Assembly: GCA_003056265.1 (NCBI GenBank)
Contig: NBVN01000007.1
Span: forward strand, 1-32,000
Reading direction: 5' to 3'
Length of the DNA: 32,000 bases
Origin: Zestosphaera tikiterensis
Lineage (GTDB): Archaea; Thermoproteota; Thermoprotei_A; Sulfolobales; NBVN01
Shown here: positions 8,573-16,632 of the stretch, piece after piece
How positions within the stretch are numbered: position 1 is the first letter of the stretch
How the letters are laid out: the number at the start of each line of letters is the position of its first letter
Position numbers and translations under genes: made by a program
The notes under the pieces: generated by a model
Seen by the model: only the letters and a program-made list of their open reading frames with translations
What the model was told of the DNA's origin: nothing
Databases searched by the model: none

Positions 8573-8755
8573 AGGGGTAGCTCTGTTTTCAACTAAAGTT
8601 ACTTCCGTGTCCTTTAGTATTGTAGTTAGCTCATTTAGGTTCTCTTTAAAGATTCCGTAAGTGATTGCCGTGAGAGAACAGCTAGTCTGGGCATATTTAG
8701 AAATATGCATACCCTATTATAACCCTATATTATAGTATATAGTGGTGCATCCAAT

Positions 8756-9586
8756 ATGGTTGGACCAGTATTTTTGACGCTAATTATATTAGGATTTATA
8801 ATGATTTTGTTCATAAGATTATGCGGTATGTTGCTTTGGTATACTATTATGTCTCTTTATGTTTTTTGTGTTTCTCTATTTTTAACAATTAAATACGTTG
8901 ATAATATATTTTTAAAAGTAAATGGACTGATACTTCTTTCTATTATTTTATTACTAACATCTATCGATATTATAGCGTCAATAACTCAAAATCTAGCTTT
9001 TATAAAAAACCTTCTATTAAAATTTGGTCATGATTGGGCATATGCTTCTTCAATAGGGATTATCCATTCTTTAAGTTCGTTATATTCATATTTATTAGGT
9101 ATAAATTTCTATATGAATAATGATGTATTCTTAGAACAATTAGAACCCTATCTTACTACAATGCATTTAGGTATATTAACAATGACAGCGATAGTAACAA
9201 CAATAATATCATTAATGATTTACTTGCCAAGGTTACAAGAATATTATTCTTTTAGTATAAGAGTAACTTTGATAATGGCTGCAGCATTATTATCAATTTC
9301 AGCTTTTTCTCTAGGTATGTTTTCTGGTATGGCTTCAGAGAGAATTTTAGTTTATACTTTTATAATAGGATCTATCATTGCATTAGGGCTTGGGGGAATT
9401 TTTGGTGTACCTTTATTAGCTTTTTCTTCAGTTAAAATTGTTGATGATAAAAGAGTACCACTATTCTCAATACCAGCTATGTTAGCTGGTGTAATATTAT
9501 TTGTATCATTATTCATATACTCTACATTATCTATTAAATCTGAGCTATATAATGAAATAAAAGCTATTTTGGACTTAATATCATAA
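8756..9586 (+). CDS. Polytopic integral membrane protein (about 8 hydrophobic segments), function unknown
   Basis: The 276-aa ORF is dominated by I/L/F-rich hydrophobic helices. It lies in a visibly AT-rich islet. A TATA-like sequence, TATATTATAGTATATA, lies about 25-40 nt upstream. Confidence 0.7.
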   Translation: MVGPVFLTLIILGFIMILFIRLCGMLLWYTIMSLYVFCVSLFLTIKYVDNIFLKVNGLILLSIILLLTSIDIIASITQNLAFIKNLLLKFGHDWAYASSIGIIHSLSSLYSYLLGINFYMNNDVFLEQLEPYLTTMHLGILTMTAIVTTIISLMIYLPRLQEYYSFSIRVTLIMAAALLSISAFSLGMFSGMASERILVYTFIIGSIIALGLGGIFGVPLLAFSSVKIVDDKRVPLFSIPAMLAGVILFVSLFIYSTLSIKSELYNEIKAILDLIS

Positions 9587-9924
9587 TTTAAATTTAAGGA
9601 TATGGTACACATGTGCTATAGGGTTATCAGCTATGGTATCTGTTTGAAATTCTCATCAAGTGTTAGGATCCTCTCTATGCTATAGTGCTTGCAAGTTAGA
9701 TTAGGGCTACTAGTGCATATGCAGGTAGTAGGTGATGTCTGCAACAGCATCCCAGAATACCTAATACCTACACAGCCTAGGTCTTAACGATCCTGACATT
9801 ATGATTATCTCTATTCTTTTGCTAACCTCAATGCCTGAAGTTATGAAGTTTAAAACTACATTAACATAACTATATAGCGGTAATTAGTCAAAACGCTAAA
9901 ACATAGAGGTAAGGAGGATTTGCT

Positions 9925-10290
9925 ATGTCTGTGAGAGACAGCCAGTTCCATAATAAAGCGATAGTAGATGAGATTATTGGATTTATTGCAGAGCATTATA
10001 GCAGTTTTATGGTTGAGGACGCACTATTTCAGGAATTGAGGGAGTCCATTAAGAATTTATCAATAGAACTCTATATGAAATACCTTTATGAATGCGAGCA
10101 AGTGAGTTATACGTCTAGTTGCCGAGGAGGGATTGAGAAATATCTTAATGAGCTGCTAAGAACGTTCTATGCTACAAGCAATGAGCCTGTTAGGCTTGGA
10201 GCATTTAGAGCATTGCTCCATGAGGTATATAGACGAGTTCATGGCAGTTGTAACCATACTATAATCGGATTGCAATGGGTTACATTATGA
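9925..10290 (+). CDS. Hypothetical protein (121 aa)
   Basis: ORF track. AGGAGGA lies 7 nt upstream of the ATG. No recognisable motif. Confidence 0.55.
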   Translation: MSVRDSQFHNKAIVDEIIGFIAEHYSSFMVEDALFQELRESIKNLSIELYMKYLYECEQVSYTSSCRGGIEKYLNELLRTFYATSNEPVRLGAFRALLHEVYRRVHGSCNHTIIGLQWVTL

Positions 10291-10480
10291 TTGCTTTTAG
10301 TTACTGACGGATTAAGCGTTTGCAGTAGTATTTGATAGTATCACTACCTTATCACTACAGCATAACTATCAATAACTACCGCATAGAGTGAAAAACATTA
10401 GAATAGAATAAGTGTTATGTATTGTTATGTCTGTTAATTAAGTTTCTAATAAAAACATATTTAATTTAGGATGCGGGATC

Positions 10481-11527
10481 TTATCGCCTTAAGACAGCCA
10501 GAACTATGGCTAACCCGATGAAGAGGGCAATGAATGGCCAGTAATTCTTTAAGATTTCATTAATTCTCTCTATTGTATCTTCTATGCGTATTAAAGGTTG
10601 AGCAGTTGGTACTATGGCCGTTTTGTTAATGGTTCTTGCATCTTCGCCTATAGATATTGCTATTGATTTATGTCCTAGGCTATCGTTGGTGGGAGTCACT
10701 ACTTTATGAATGATTTCATCGTTCGGAAGTCGTAGTACTGCTCCTGTGAGGTTATAAGTGGCGCTGATCTTAGCATAAGTTACGAGTGATTCGTCCCTCC
10801 ACCCTTCCAGCTGAACAGCCGAGCCCGCCGTCCAGTCTATAATACCCTCAATCCGTAGTAAGGTGGTATGATTATAAGTAAGCAACACCTTGAACGGAGC
10901 TTTCAATGCCTTTGCAGTAACCTTATGAAGACCCGAAAGGACATTGTTTACAGGCTCTATAACGTAACTGCTAGCCTCAGAACTCGAAAAGTCCCCAGAG
11001 AGATCCCCATCAACGAGGATTGTCAAGTTGTAGGGCGAATGCTTTACAACCCCTACTTCGACATTTATTATTCCCTCAATAGAGACTGTTGAAATAGTAA
11101 TTACGCTAGGTGATAAAGGTATCGACAGCTTAGTAGGGTCGTAGTAGGTTCTCACGAACCAAGCCTGCGGTTGCTCTTTCCTCAAGTCTACAACGCCTTC
11201 AAGATCTAACATAACAGAGCCATTCTCTATGTCTATAATTCTCACATACCAGACCCCAACATCTTTTGAAGCATTGAAGATACCGACAACTTTAATGACA
11301 TCACCAGAAGCTAGGCTTATACTCTTGTTGATTACCTGCTGCACCCCATCGTTGAATGAAAGTAAAAGTATAACGGTAGCATTGATATTCTTCAAAGCTC
11401 TGATATTATCTAAACTTAGAGAAAGTTTATCGGCTTCAGAATTTGAAGCTGTTAAAGTGGTGTTTAGAGGGATACTCACAACAATGATAAGAACCGCTGC
11501 TATGACCGTCAAATTAACTCGTCTCAT
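10481..11527 (-). CDS. Secreted, C-terminally membrane-anchored surface (glyco)protein
   Basis: N-terminal signal/TM (MRRVNLTVIAAVLIIVVSIPL). C-terminal TM plus basic tail (YWPFIALFIGLAIVLAVLRR). Many N-x-S/T sequons (NAT, NKS, NAS, NGS, NLT, NHT, NDS, NKT). The start overlaps the upstream gene by 14 nt. Confidence 0.75.
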   Translation of the reverse strand: MRRVNLTVIAAVLIIVVSIPLNTTLTASNSEADKLSLSLDNIRALKNINATVILLLSFNDGVQQVINKSISLASGDVIKVVGIFNASKDVGVWYVRIIDIENGSVMLDLEGVVDLRKEQPQAWFVRTYYDPTKLSIPLSPSVITISTVSIEGIINVEVGVVKHSPYNLTILVDGDLSGDFSSSEASSYVIEPVNNVLSGLHKVTAKALKAPFKVLLTYNHTTLLRIEGIIDWTAGSAVQLEGWRDESLVTYAKISATYNLTGAVLRLPNDEIIHKVVTPTNDSLGHKSIAISIGEDARTINKTAIVPTAQPLIRIEDTIERINEILKNYWPFIALFIGLAIVLAVLRR

Positions 11528-12242
11528 CGCTTTTCACCTCCTGGGATGTAGCCGAAAGTCGTAGAAGCCCTTCTTCAATTTCTGACTCAGCCAGAGGAAG
11601 AAGCAGGACGCAGTACACTTCATTGACGTCGTCGAACCTAGCCTTAAAGATCGCCTTAGCCCGACCGAGGATATGTTCAATTAGATTCACTGCGGTATCA
11701 ATGTATTCGTCACTTCCGACAGCGAAAATCGCGTAGTCTACATCTTTCCTAGGCTCGTGTATCGGATACAGAACCAGGATCTCGTTGGTCCTGTCGTCTA
11801 TGTGTTTACCGCTTTTGAGTAGGTTGAGAATCTCTGCGAATTCATATCCTTCCATTGGCCTGAACACGAGAGGCTTGGTTACTACGTATAGACCAGGTCC
11901 TAAGTTTGTGAGTAAATGTGACGCGTCAGAATGTTCAGAGTTTGTTAAGGCTACGGCCATGATAATATAGGTCGGTTCAAGAATTTTGTTCATCTCAGTG
12001 TGGTTTAGTAGGTTCTCAACTAGGATTAATATATGTCTCCCACCGTTGATTGCGTCGTTTGCTAGGCCCATGAAGTACTCGAGTTTTTGTTGGGAGACTC
12101 TATCATGAGGGTTCACCGCGTCTATGTCGCCGTTAGCATTGTTTGTTGGTGTTGGATCTTCTCTTTTTGTAGAATTCTTCTTGAGCCATTTTGTATTGTC
12201 ACCATTCATTTTTAGAATCACCCCCCATTTTTTGATCGGCAA
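11514..12242 (-). CDS. Hypothetical soluble protein, middle gene of a three-gene operon (likely start is the ATG at 12209)
   Basis: ORF track. Overlaps the upstream gene (11 nt if the start is MNGDNTKW) and the downstream gene (14 nt). No recognisable motif. Confidence 0.6.
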   Translation of the reverse strand: MPIKKWGVILKMNGDNTKWLKKNSTKREDPTPTNNANGDIDAVNPHDRVSQQKLEYFMGLANDAINGGRHILILVENLLNHTEMNKILEPTYIIMAVALTNSEHSDASHLLTNLGPGLYVVTKPLVFRPMEGYEFAEILNLLKSGKHIDDRTNEILVLYPIHEPRKDVDYAIFAVGSDEYIDTAVNLIEHILGRAKAIFKARFDDVNEVYCVLLLPLAESEIEEGLLRLSATSQEVKSDETS

Positions 12243-12942
12243 CGACGAATACTATGTGGGTATTGGCTGACGGCTTCGGGAAGTGTTTGTCACACGTGTA
12301 GGATGTTATGCCGTGTCCAAGTAACCTTATAGCTACTGAGAAGGTATTGCTTCTGCGGGCTCTTTCAACTTGGCGGATTAGTTTCCGGGCAAATGGCAGC
12401 TCGGATCTTCTTTGAGCCTCAGCGTAGCGTACGTCCTGATTTGAATGTCTGACGTTCATTATATACGTAGGAACTCCTTTAATTATAGTTCTCTTTATCG
12501 AGCCAATCTTTCCGCGGAACTTCCTTACACCGCCCTCTAGTGGATTATATGCTATGAGTAGGGTCGACTGACAGAACGCTTTGAGCACGGCCTCAGGCAA
12601 TTCAGGATTTATTTCCTTGTTAAGAAGGGGTAGCTTCGTAATGCTCCCTGCACTAATTAAAGCTATTTTTCTTTGCTGGTCTCTTACGCTTATTGTGAAT
12701 CTTATCTTGTTTCTCAGTACCACAGTCGCTAAAGCTATAATCGCACCGAAGTAACTCAAGAGTATCAACGTTAGAATCATTCTTTCCAATGATCCGAGTG
12801 AGTTCCAGGAAGCATATAGTAGTGGACCGAAAGCTTCGTAGAACCTAATGCCAGCATATAAGCCTGTGATGACCAAGCTTATCGCTAGAGCTACCTTAAA
12901 TATCGATCTGCCGACTGCCTTATAGGAAGTTCCGGACTGCAT
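12199..12942 (-). CDS. Membrane protein (two N-terminal TM helices plus a cytoplasmic domain), first gene of the three-gene operon
   Basis: The hydrophobic segments are FKVALAISLVITGLYAGI and MILTLILLSYFGAIIALATVVL. The rest is basic and soluble-looking with no motif recognised. Confidence 0.6.
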   Translation of the reverse strand: MQSGTSYKAVGRSIFKVALAISLVITGLYAGIRFYEAFGPLLYASWNSLGSLERMILTLILLSYFGAIIALATVVLRNKIRFTISVRDQQRKIALISAGSITKLPLLNKEINPELPEAVLKAFCQSTLLIAYNPLEGGVRKFRGKIGSIKRTIIKGVPTYIMNVRHSNQDVRYAEAQRRSELPFARKLIRQVERARRSNTFSVAIRLLGHGITSYTCDKHFPKPSANTHIVFVVADQKMGGDSKNEW

Positions 12943-13080
12943 GAGTTTACCCTCATAGTTTAATTCTTTTTCGAGGTTAATAAACCTTTTGGAAGAATTC
13001 TACCATTAGAAGAATTAAGCTATTTTAAATGAACTCCAATATATAGAAATATTTTAAATCATTTTACGAAAATTATAACA

Positions 13081-13947
13081 ATGGTGCATAGAAATCTTCG
13101 TGGGGTGTATACGGTGGTGGAGCAAGAACATCGTTTGGGTTATGTGAAGATTCCTAATTTTCATGAGGTGCGTGAGTTACCTACGTGTGGTTCTTGGTTT
13201 GTGGTGGAGGAGAAGGTTGATGGGAAGACGTTTGACGGTAGTTCGGCGTGTGTTGAGGTGTGGGGTGTTGAGTTGTGTGTGTTTGGTGAGTATGTAGGGG
13301 TAACTCATTTAATATTTTACAAGGATTTAATGAGTTACGTGTTTGTTTTTGATGTGCGGTTGAATGGCATGTATTTAAAACCTCTTCCTAAGGTGTTGAT
13401 TTCTACTTTGCTTGGTATTCCTCACGCCCCTATAAAAGGTTTTATAAGGGAAGTTACTGAAGAAGTGGTTACTCAATACTATATAGAGGAAAAAAGCTAT
13501 TTTAAAACAGACCTCAACCCCGTAGTATGTAAAAAACATCCGCAAATATGTCAAAACTTTAAAGAACTATACGGCGAGAACTTCAGCGAAGGCATAGTCG
13601 TAAAATGTTATGAAGACGGAAAAATAAAAGCAGTAAAATACGTTAAACCAGAATTCGATAAAATAATAAACGAAATAGGAAGATATGAAAACTACCCAAA
13701 CACTAACATAGTAAAATTCAACATAGATACAGCAGCAAAACTACAGAAAACAAACCTAGAAAAAGTAATAAAGAATAACGCAAGTCAAACACACATTCAG
13801 AACCTTCTAAAACTCTTCATAGAAGCATATGAAAACACATACTCAAGTAAAACCATAGAAGAAGCGGTTAAAACGCTCCCTGGAAGGAACAAGGATATGT
13901 TGAAGATAGCTATAGAAAGATGTGTTAGTAATTTAGAAGCCTGTTAA
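13081..13947 (+). CDS. ATP-dependent RNA/DNA ligase-like nucleotidyltransferase (small RNA-ligase type)
   Basis: Covalent nucleotidyltransferase motifs occur in the correct order: I is EEKVDGK (KxDG), III is VFGEYVG, IIIa is FVFDV, IV is SEGIVVK (EGxxxK), and V is AVKYVKPEF (KxK). At 288 aa it fits stand-alone RNA-ligase-type enzymes better than a replicative DNA ligase. Confidence 0.75.
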   Translation: MVHRNLRGVYTVVEQEHRLGYVKIPNFHEVRELPTCGSWFVVEEKVDGKTFDGSSACVEVWGVELCVFGEYVGVTHLIFYKDLMSYVFVFDVRLNGMYLKPLPKVLISTLLGIPHAPIKGFIREVTEEVVTQYYIEEKSYFKTDLNPVVCKKHPQICQNFKELYGENFSEGIVVKCYEDGKIKAVKYVKPEFDKIINEIGRYENYPNTNIVKFNIDTAAKLQKTNLEKVIKNNASQTHIQNLLKLFIEAYENTYSSKTIEEAVKTLPGRNKDMLKIAIERCVSNLEAC

Positions 13948-13979
13948 TACTTAATATAAAAGGTTTATATATTGTTCTA

Positions 13980-14480
13980 TTAGAAAAAAGCTAGTGTTTT
14001 TAGTGTCTTTTTTATTCTTACTATTGATTCATGATCCCCTTCTTTAAATAGCTTTAGCAACGGGAGGAGAGATTTCAGAATTTCTTCTCTCTTTAACGCT
14101 TCTTGCGTTGGAGTATCGTGAACTGAATAAGGTTCTATTATGTAGCTTGAACCAAATACGTGCTGGAATATCTTGAGAGCTCTTTCCATGTGAAAATCTG
14201 AGGTAACTAAAGCTATGTTTTTAGCGTTTACTTTCTGAGCGATGAGCTTAGCGTAATAAGCATTATCTAACGTATCCTCCGAGTTAGGATCAGAAAGAAG
14301 CTTTTCTGGAGATATTCCTTCACGAAGAGCTATGTGTGTCATATACTCAACTTCATCCCTGTTTCCAACAAGCAGTAATTGTTTACAGACACCATTCTTA
14401 ATTAGCTCAACACCTTTTAAGGTTCTCATCTTTCCAGCCTCTCCAAGACCACCGCCTAAGACTACTGCTAAATCACACAT
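13980..14480 (-). CDS. DUF218 (YdcF/SanA-like) domain protein
   Basis: CDLAVVLGGG ... LLLVGNRDEVEYM ... EDTLDNAYY ... IALVTSDFHMERA follows the DUF218 pattern. It lies 11 nt downstream of the HExxH gene on the same strand. Confidence 0.7.
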   Translation of the reverse strand: MCDLAVVLGGGLGEAGKMRTLKGVELIKNGVCKQLLLVGNRDEVEYMTHIALREGISPEKLLSDPNSEDTLDNAYYAKLIAQKVNAKNIALVTSDFHMERALKIFQHVFGSSYIIEPYSVHDTPTQEALKREEILKSLLPLLKLFKEGDHESIVRIKKTLKTLAFF

Positions 14481-14491
14481 AGCCTACAACC

Positions 14492-16198
14492 TCAGAAAAA
14501 CATTCCATGAAGACCCGAAAGCTTGTTTAGTGCTCTACCTAGCCTGAGAACTAGGTACAACCATAACTTTAGGAAGAGCTCAAAATGGTACTCATCAAAA
14601 CTGCTTAGATCTAAGATTTCTCCTGCCACTGACTTATTTGGATCCTCAGTACTTATAAGCTCCTTCAACTCTTTAATTACTTCACAATACCTCTTAAACT
14701 CATCTCCCATGAGCACTCTTCCCTTTTCTAGGACTTCATCTTGTTCTCCTAAGCTTAGCAAGTAGAGTATTTCAAACGCTGTTCTCATGGTTAACGGAAG
14801 ATCGCCAACAAGATCCTCTAACGTTCCAAACTCCCTGTTAGTTCTTTTTACATGAACTCCCCTCATGCCTCCTTCTTCCCTGCTTAATGTAGGCTCTGCT
14901 AGGGGATCATATCTCAGTATTTCACAGTTTCCATCCCAACATACTCTCGTGAAAACTGTAGCATTCTCATAAGTGCGTTGAGATGCAAGCGATACTAGAC
15001 TAGCGAATCTTGACGCAAGGTAGTCAAAGACCTCAGGTTCTTCAGCAATGATCTCCGAAAGTAGTCTAATGACCTTGGCATTAACCTCATAACGTTCATA
15101 TAAAATATAATGCAGTACTGTTGTAAGCCTCTTTTCTTCGTTGGTCGATGTTTCTATATATTCGCCTTTAAGACCTAGTTCAAACCTCTTCTTAATTTCT
15201 TCAGGAAGGTGATGAAGTCCGATCTCTAACCTATATCTGTCCACTAAGTTAAGGGGGATATCTAGGGAAGTCTTAGCGATTTCAACGAGTTTTCCTTTGT
15301 TACCTCCTTTGTTTAGGAAATCCTCCGATAGATTAAGAATTTCAGTAGCATATTTTCTTAGGGCATCGTCTTGAAAATATATTCTTAGGTACTCATCCCT
15401 TCGATTAACGAATTCTGGTTCAACAAGAACCCAAGTTACAGGCTCTACAACGATTCCTATTATTGAACTATAGAAACCTCGCAAAAACAAATGGTGAGTT
15501 AAAAAGTCCCTAAAGACTTCTACATGATCTGGGTTTTTACTAAATTCTCTAACAGCATTCTCAAGTTTTTTAAGCTCGTTAAAAGTTTCATTTCTCCCTA
15601 TACCATTACCTCCATTTTCTCTTGGAAACCCAGTAAATCTATGAAACTTCTCGAGTAGGTAGATAAGATCAAGCCTTTCTTTCCAGCTAAGGGCATCTAC
15701 CAGAGTAGCAAGGGATGTTCCTCTAAGTATCATCCAGTGCACGTATTCGTGTATAAAGGCTCTCATAAATCTGCTTTCCGGAGGAGATTTTAAGTTTAAG
15801 TTATATATATTGTTCTCTAGCTCATTAAGGATTCCCTTAATCTTAGTACTGTACAACAATTCACATCTTTCCCTACTTTCACCACTACACTGTAAACCCA
15901 ACTCTGTTACTGGTATTGGCCCATTGATATATATAATCCTACCAGTATACATGCCTTCGCTAACATACGATAGCCGTGTAGTCCTTGAAAGAGATAAGAG
16001 CTGGAAAGGGGTATGGTTCTCTATTATTATGCCAGCAAAGGGGTTAAGTAGTGGAATCCGTCTGCTAACTCTGATTACTTTTGGAAGAGTCTTAAAAGCT
16101 TGAGTAAGGATATACCTCTTAACGGATGCAGGTGATTTATTGAAGACATTAGCTATCAAGCGTAACATTCTATCACTCTTTCTTCTCCAGATCCTCAA
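14492..16198 (-). CDS. Large uncharacterised protein with an HExxH motif (putative metallopeptidase-like). Likely start is the ATG at 16168.
   Basis: HEYVH is encoded at 15737-15751 (checked on the DNA: CAC GAA TAC GTG CAC). The track start at 16198 is a TTG. The ATG at 16168 lies 4 nt after the TGA of the upstream wHTH gene. No other motif recognised. Confidence 0.7.
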   Translation of the reverse strand: MRIWRRKSDRMLRLIANVFNKSPASVKRYILTQAFKTLPKVIRVSRRIPLLNPFAGIIIENHTPFQLLSLSRTTRLSYVSEGMYTGRIIYINGPIPVTELGLQCSGESRERCELLYSTKIKGILNELENNIYNLNLKSPPESRFMRAFIHEYVHWMILRGTSLATLVDALSWKERLDLIYLLEKFHRFTGFPRENGGNGIGRNETFNELKKLENAVREFSKNPDHVEVFRDFLTHHLFLRGFYSSIIGIVVEPVTWVLVEPEFVNRRDEYLRIYFQDDALRKYATEILNLSEDFLNKGGNKGKLVEIAKTSLDIPLNLVDRYRLEIGLHHLPEEIKKRFELGLKGEYIETSTNEEKRLTTVLHYILYERYEVNAKVIRLLSEIIAEEPEVFDYLASRFASLVSLASQRTYENATVFTRVCWDGNCEILRYDPLAEPTLSREEGGMRGVHVKRTNREFGTLEDLVGDLPLTMRTAFEILYLLSLGEQDEVLEKGRVLMGDEFKRYCEVIKELKELISTEDPNKSVAGEILDLSSFDEYHFELFLKLWLYLVLRLGRALNKLSGLHGMFF

Positions 16199-16511
16199 TC
16201 AATCCTTTAAGTTTCTCTTCATGGTTTTCATCCATTTTATCCACTAAACGAGCAAGGCGCATTAGCAACACTCTCCTTCTAATAGCTGTACTGCTTTCAA
16301 TTTCCTTTAAAACACGCAATCCTGCTTCAGTTAAACTATATACGTTAAATTCATCCTTTCTAACTAAACCCTCTCTTAAAAGTTTCTGAAGGGTGTGCCA
16401 TACAGTTTTCTCATTAAGACCAGTAGCTTTAGCTATGTCAGCAGCTCTCCCCCTACCTTTTTGCGAGAGATAGTGAAGGACTTCAACCTCTGTTGGAGTT
16501 CTAGCCGACAT
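16173..16511 (-). CDS. Winged-helix (MarR/TrmB/ArsR-like) transcriptional regulator
   Basis: VLHYLSQKGRGRAADIAKATGLNEKTVWHTLQKLLREGLVRKDEFNVYSLTEAG is a typical wHTH. It is tightly coupled to the downstream 568-aa gene. Confidence 0.8.
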   Translation of the reverse strand: MSARTPTEVEVLHYLSQKGRGRAADIAKATGLNEKTVWHTLQKLLREGLVRKDEFNVYSLTEAGLRVLKEIESSTAIRRRVLLMRLARLVDKMDENHEEKLKGLIEDLEKKE

Positions 16512-16556
16512 TACTTGCCACCAGCATATTGTATTTTTCTATGGAAGTTAATAAGC

Positions 16557-16576
16557 TTTTGAAGAATTCTTCAAAA
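16557..16576. promoter_or_regulatory. Perfect 20-bp palindrome TTTTGAAGAATTCTTCAAAA, a candidate operator upstream of the wHTH operon
   Basis: Read directly. It lies 46 nt upstream of the wHTH start (16511), in the 121-bp intergenic region. The half-site GAAGAATTC recurs at 12992-13000. Confidence 0.5.
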
Positions 16577-16632
16577 TCAGAAATACTTGCTATAGAATAC
16601 TTTAATTGATGTTTACTATTTGCCAGTCATTT

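Noticed and set aside
9741-9800. Possible C/D-box sRNA (GTGATGT ... CTGA about 50 nt apart)
   Set aside because: The C box is imperfect, there are no internal C'/D' boxes and there is no terminal stem. Most likely chance.
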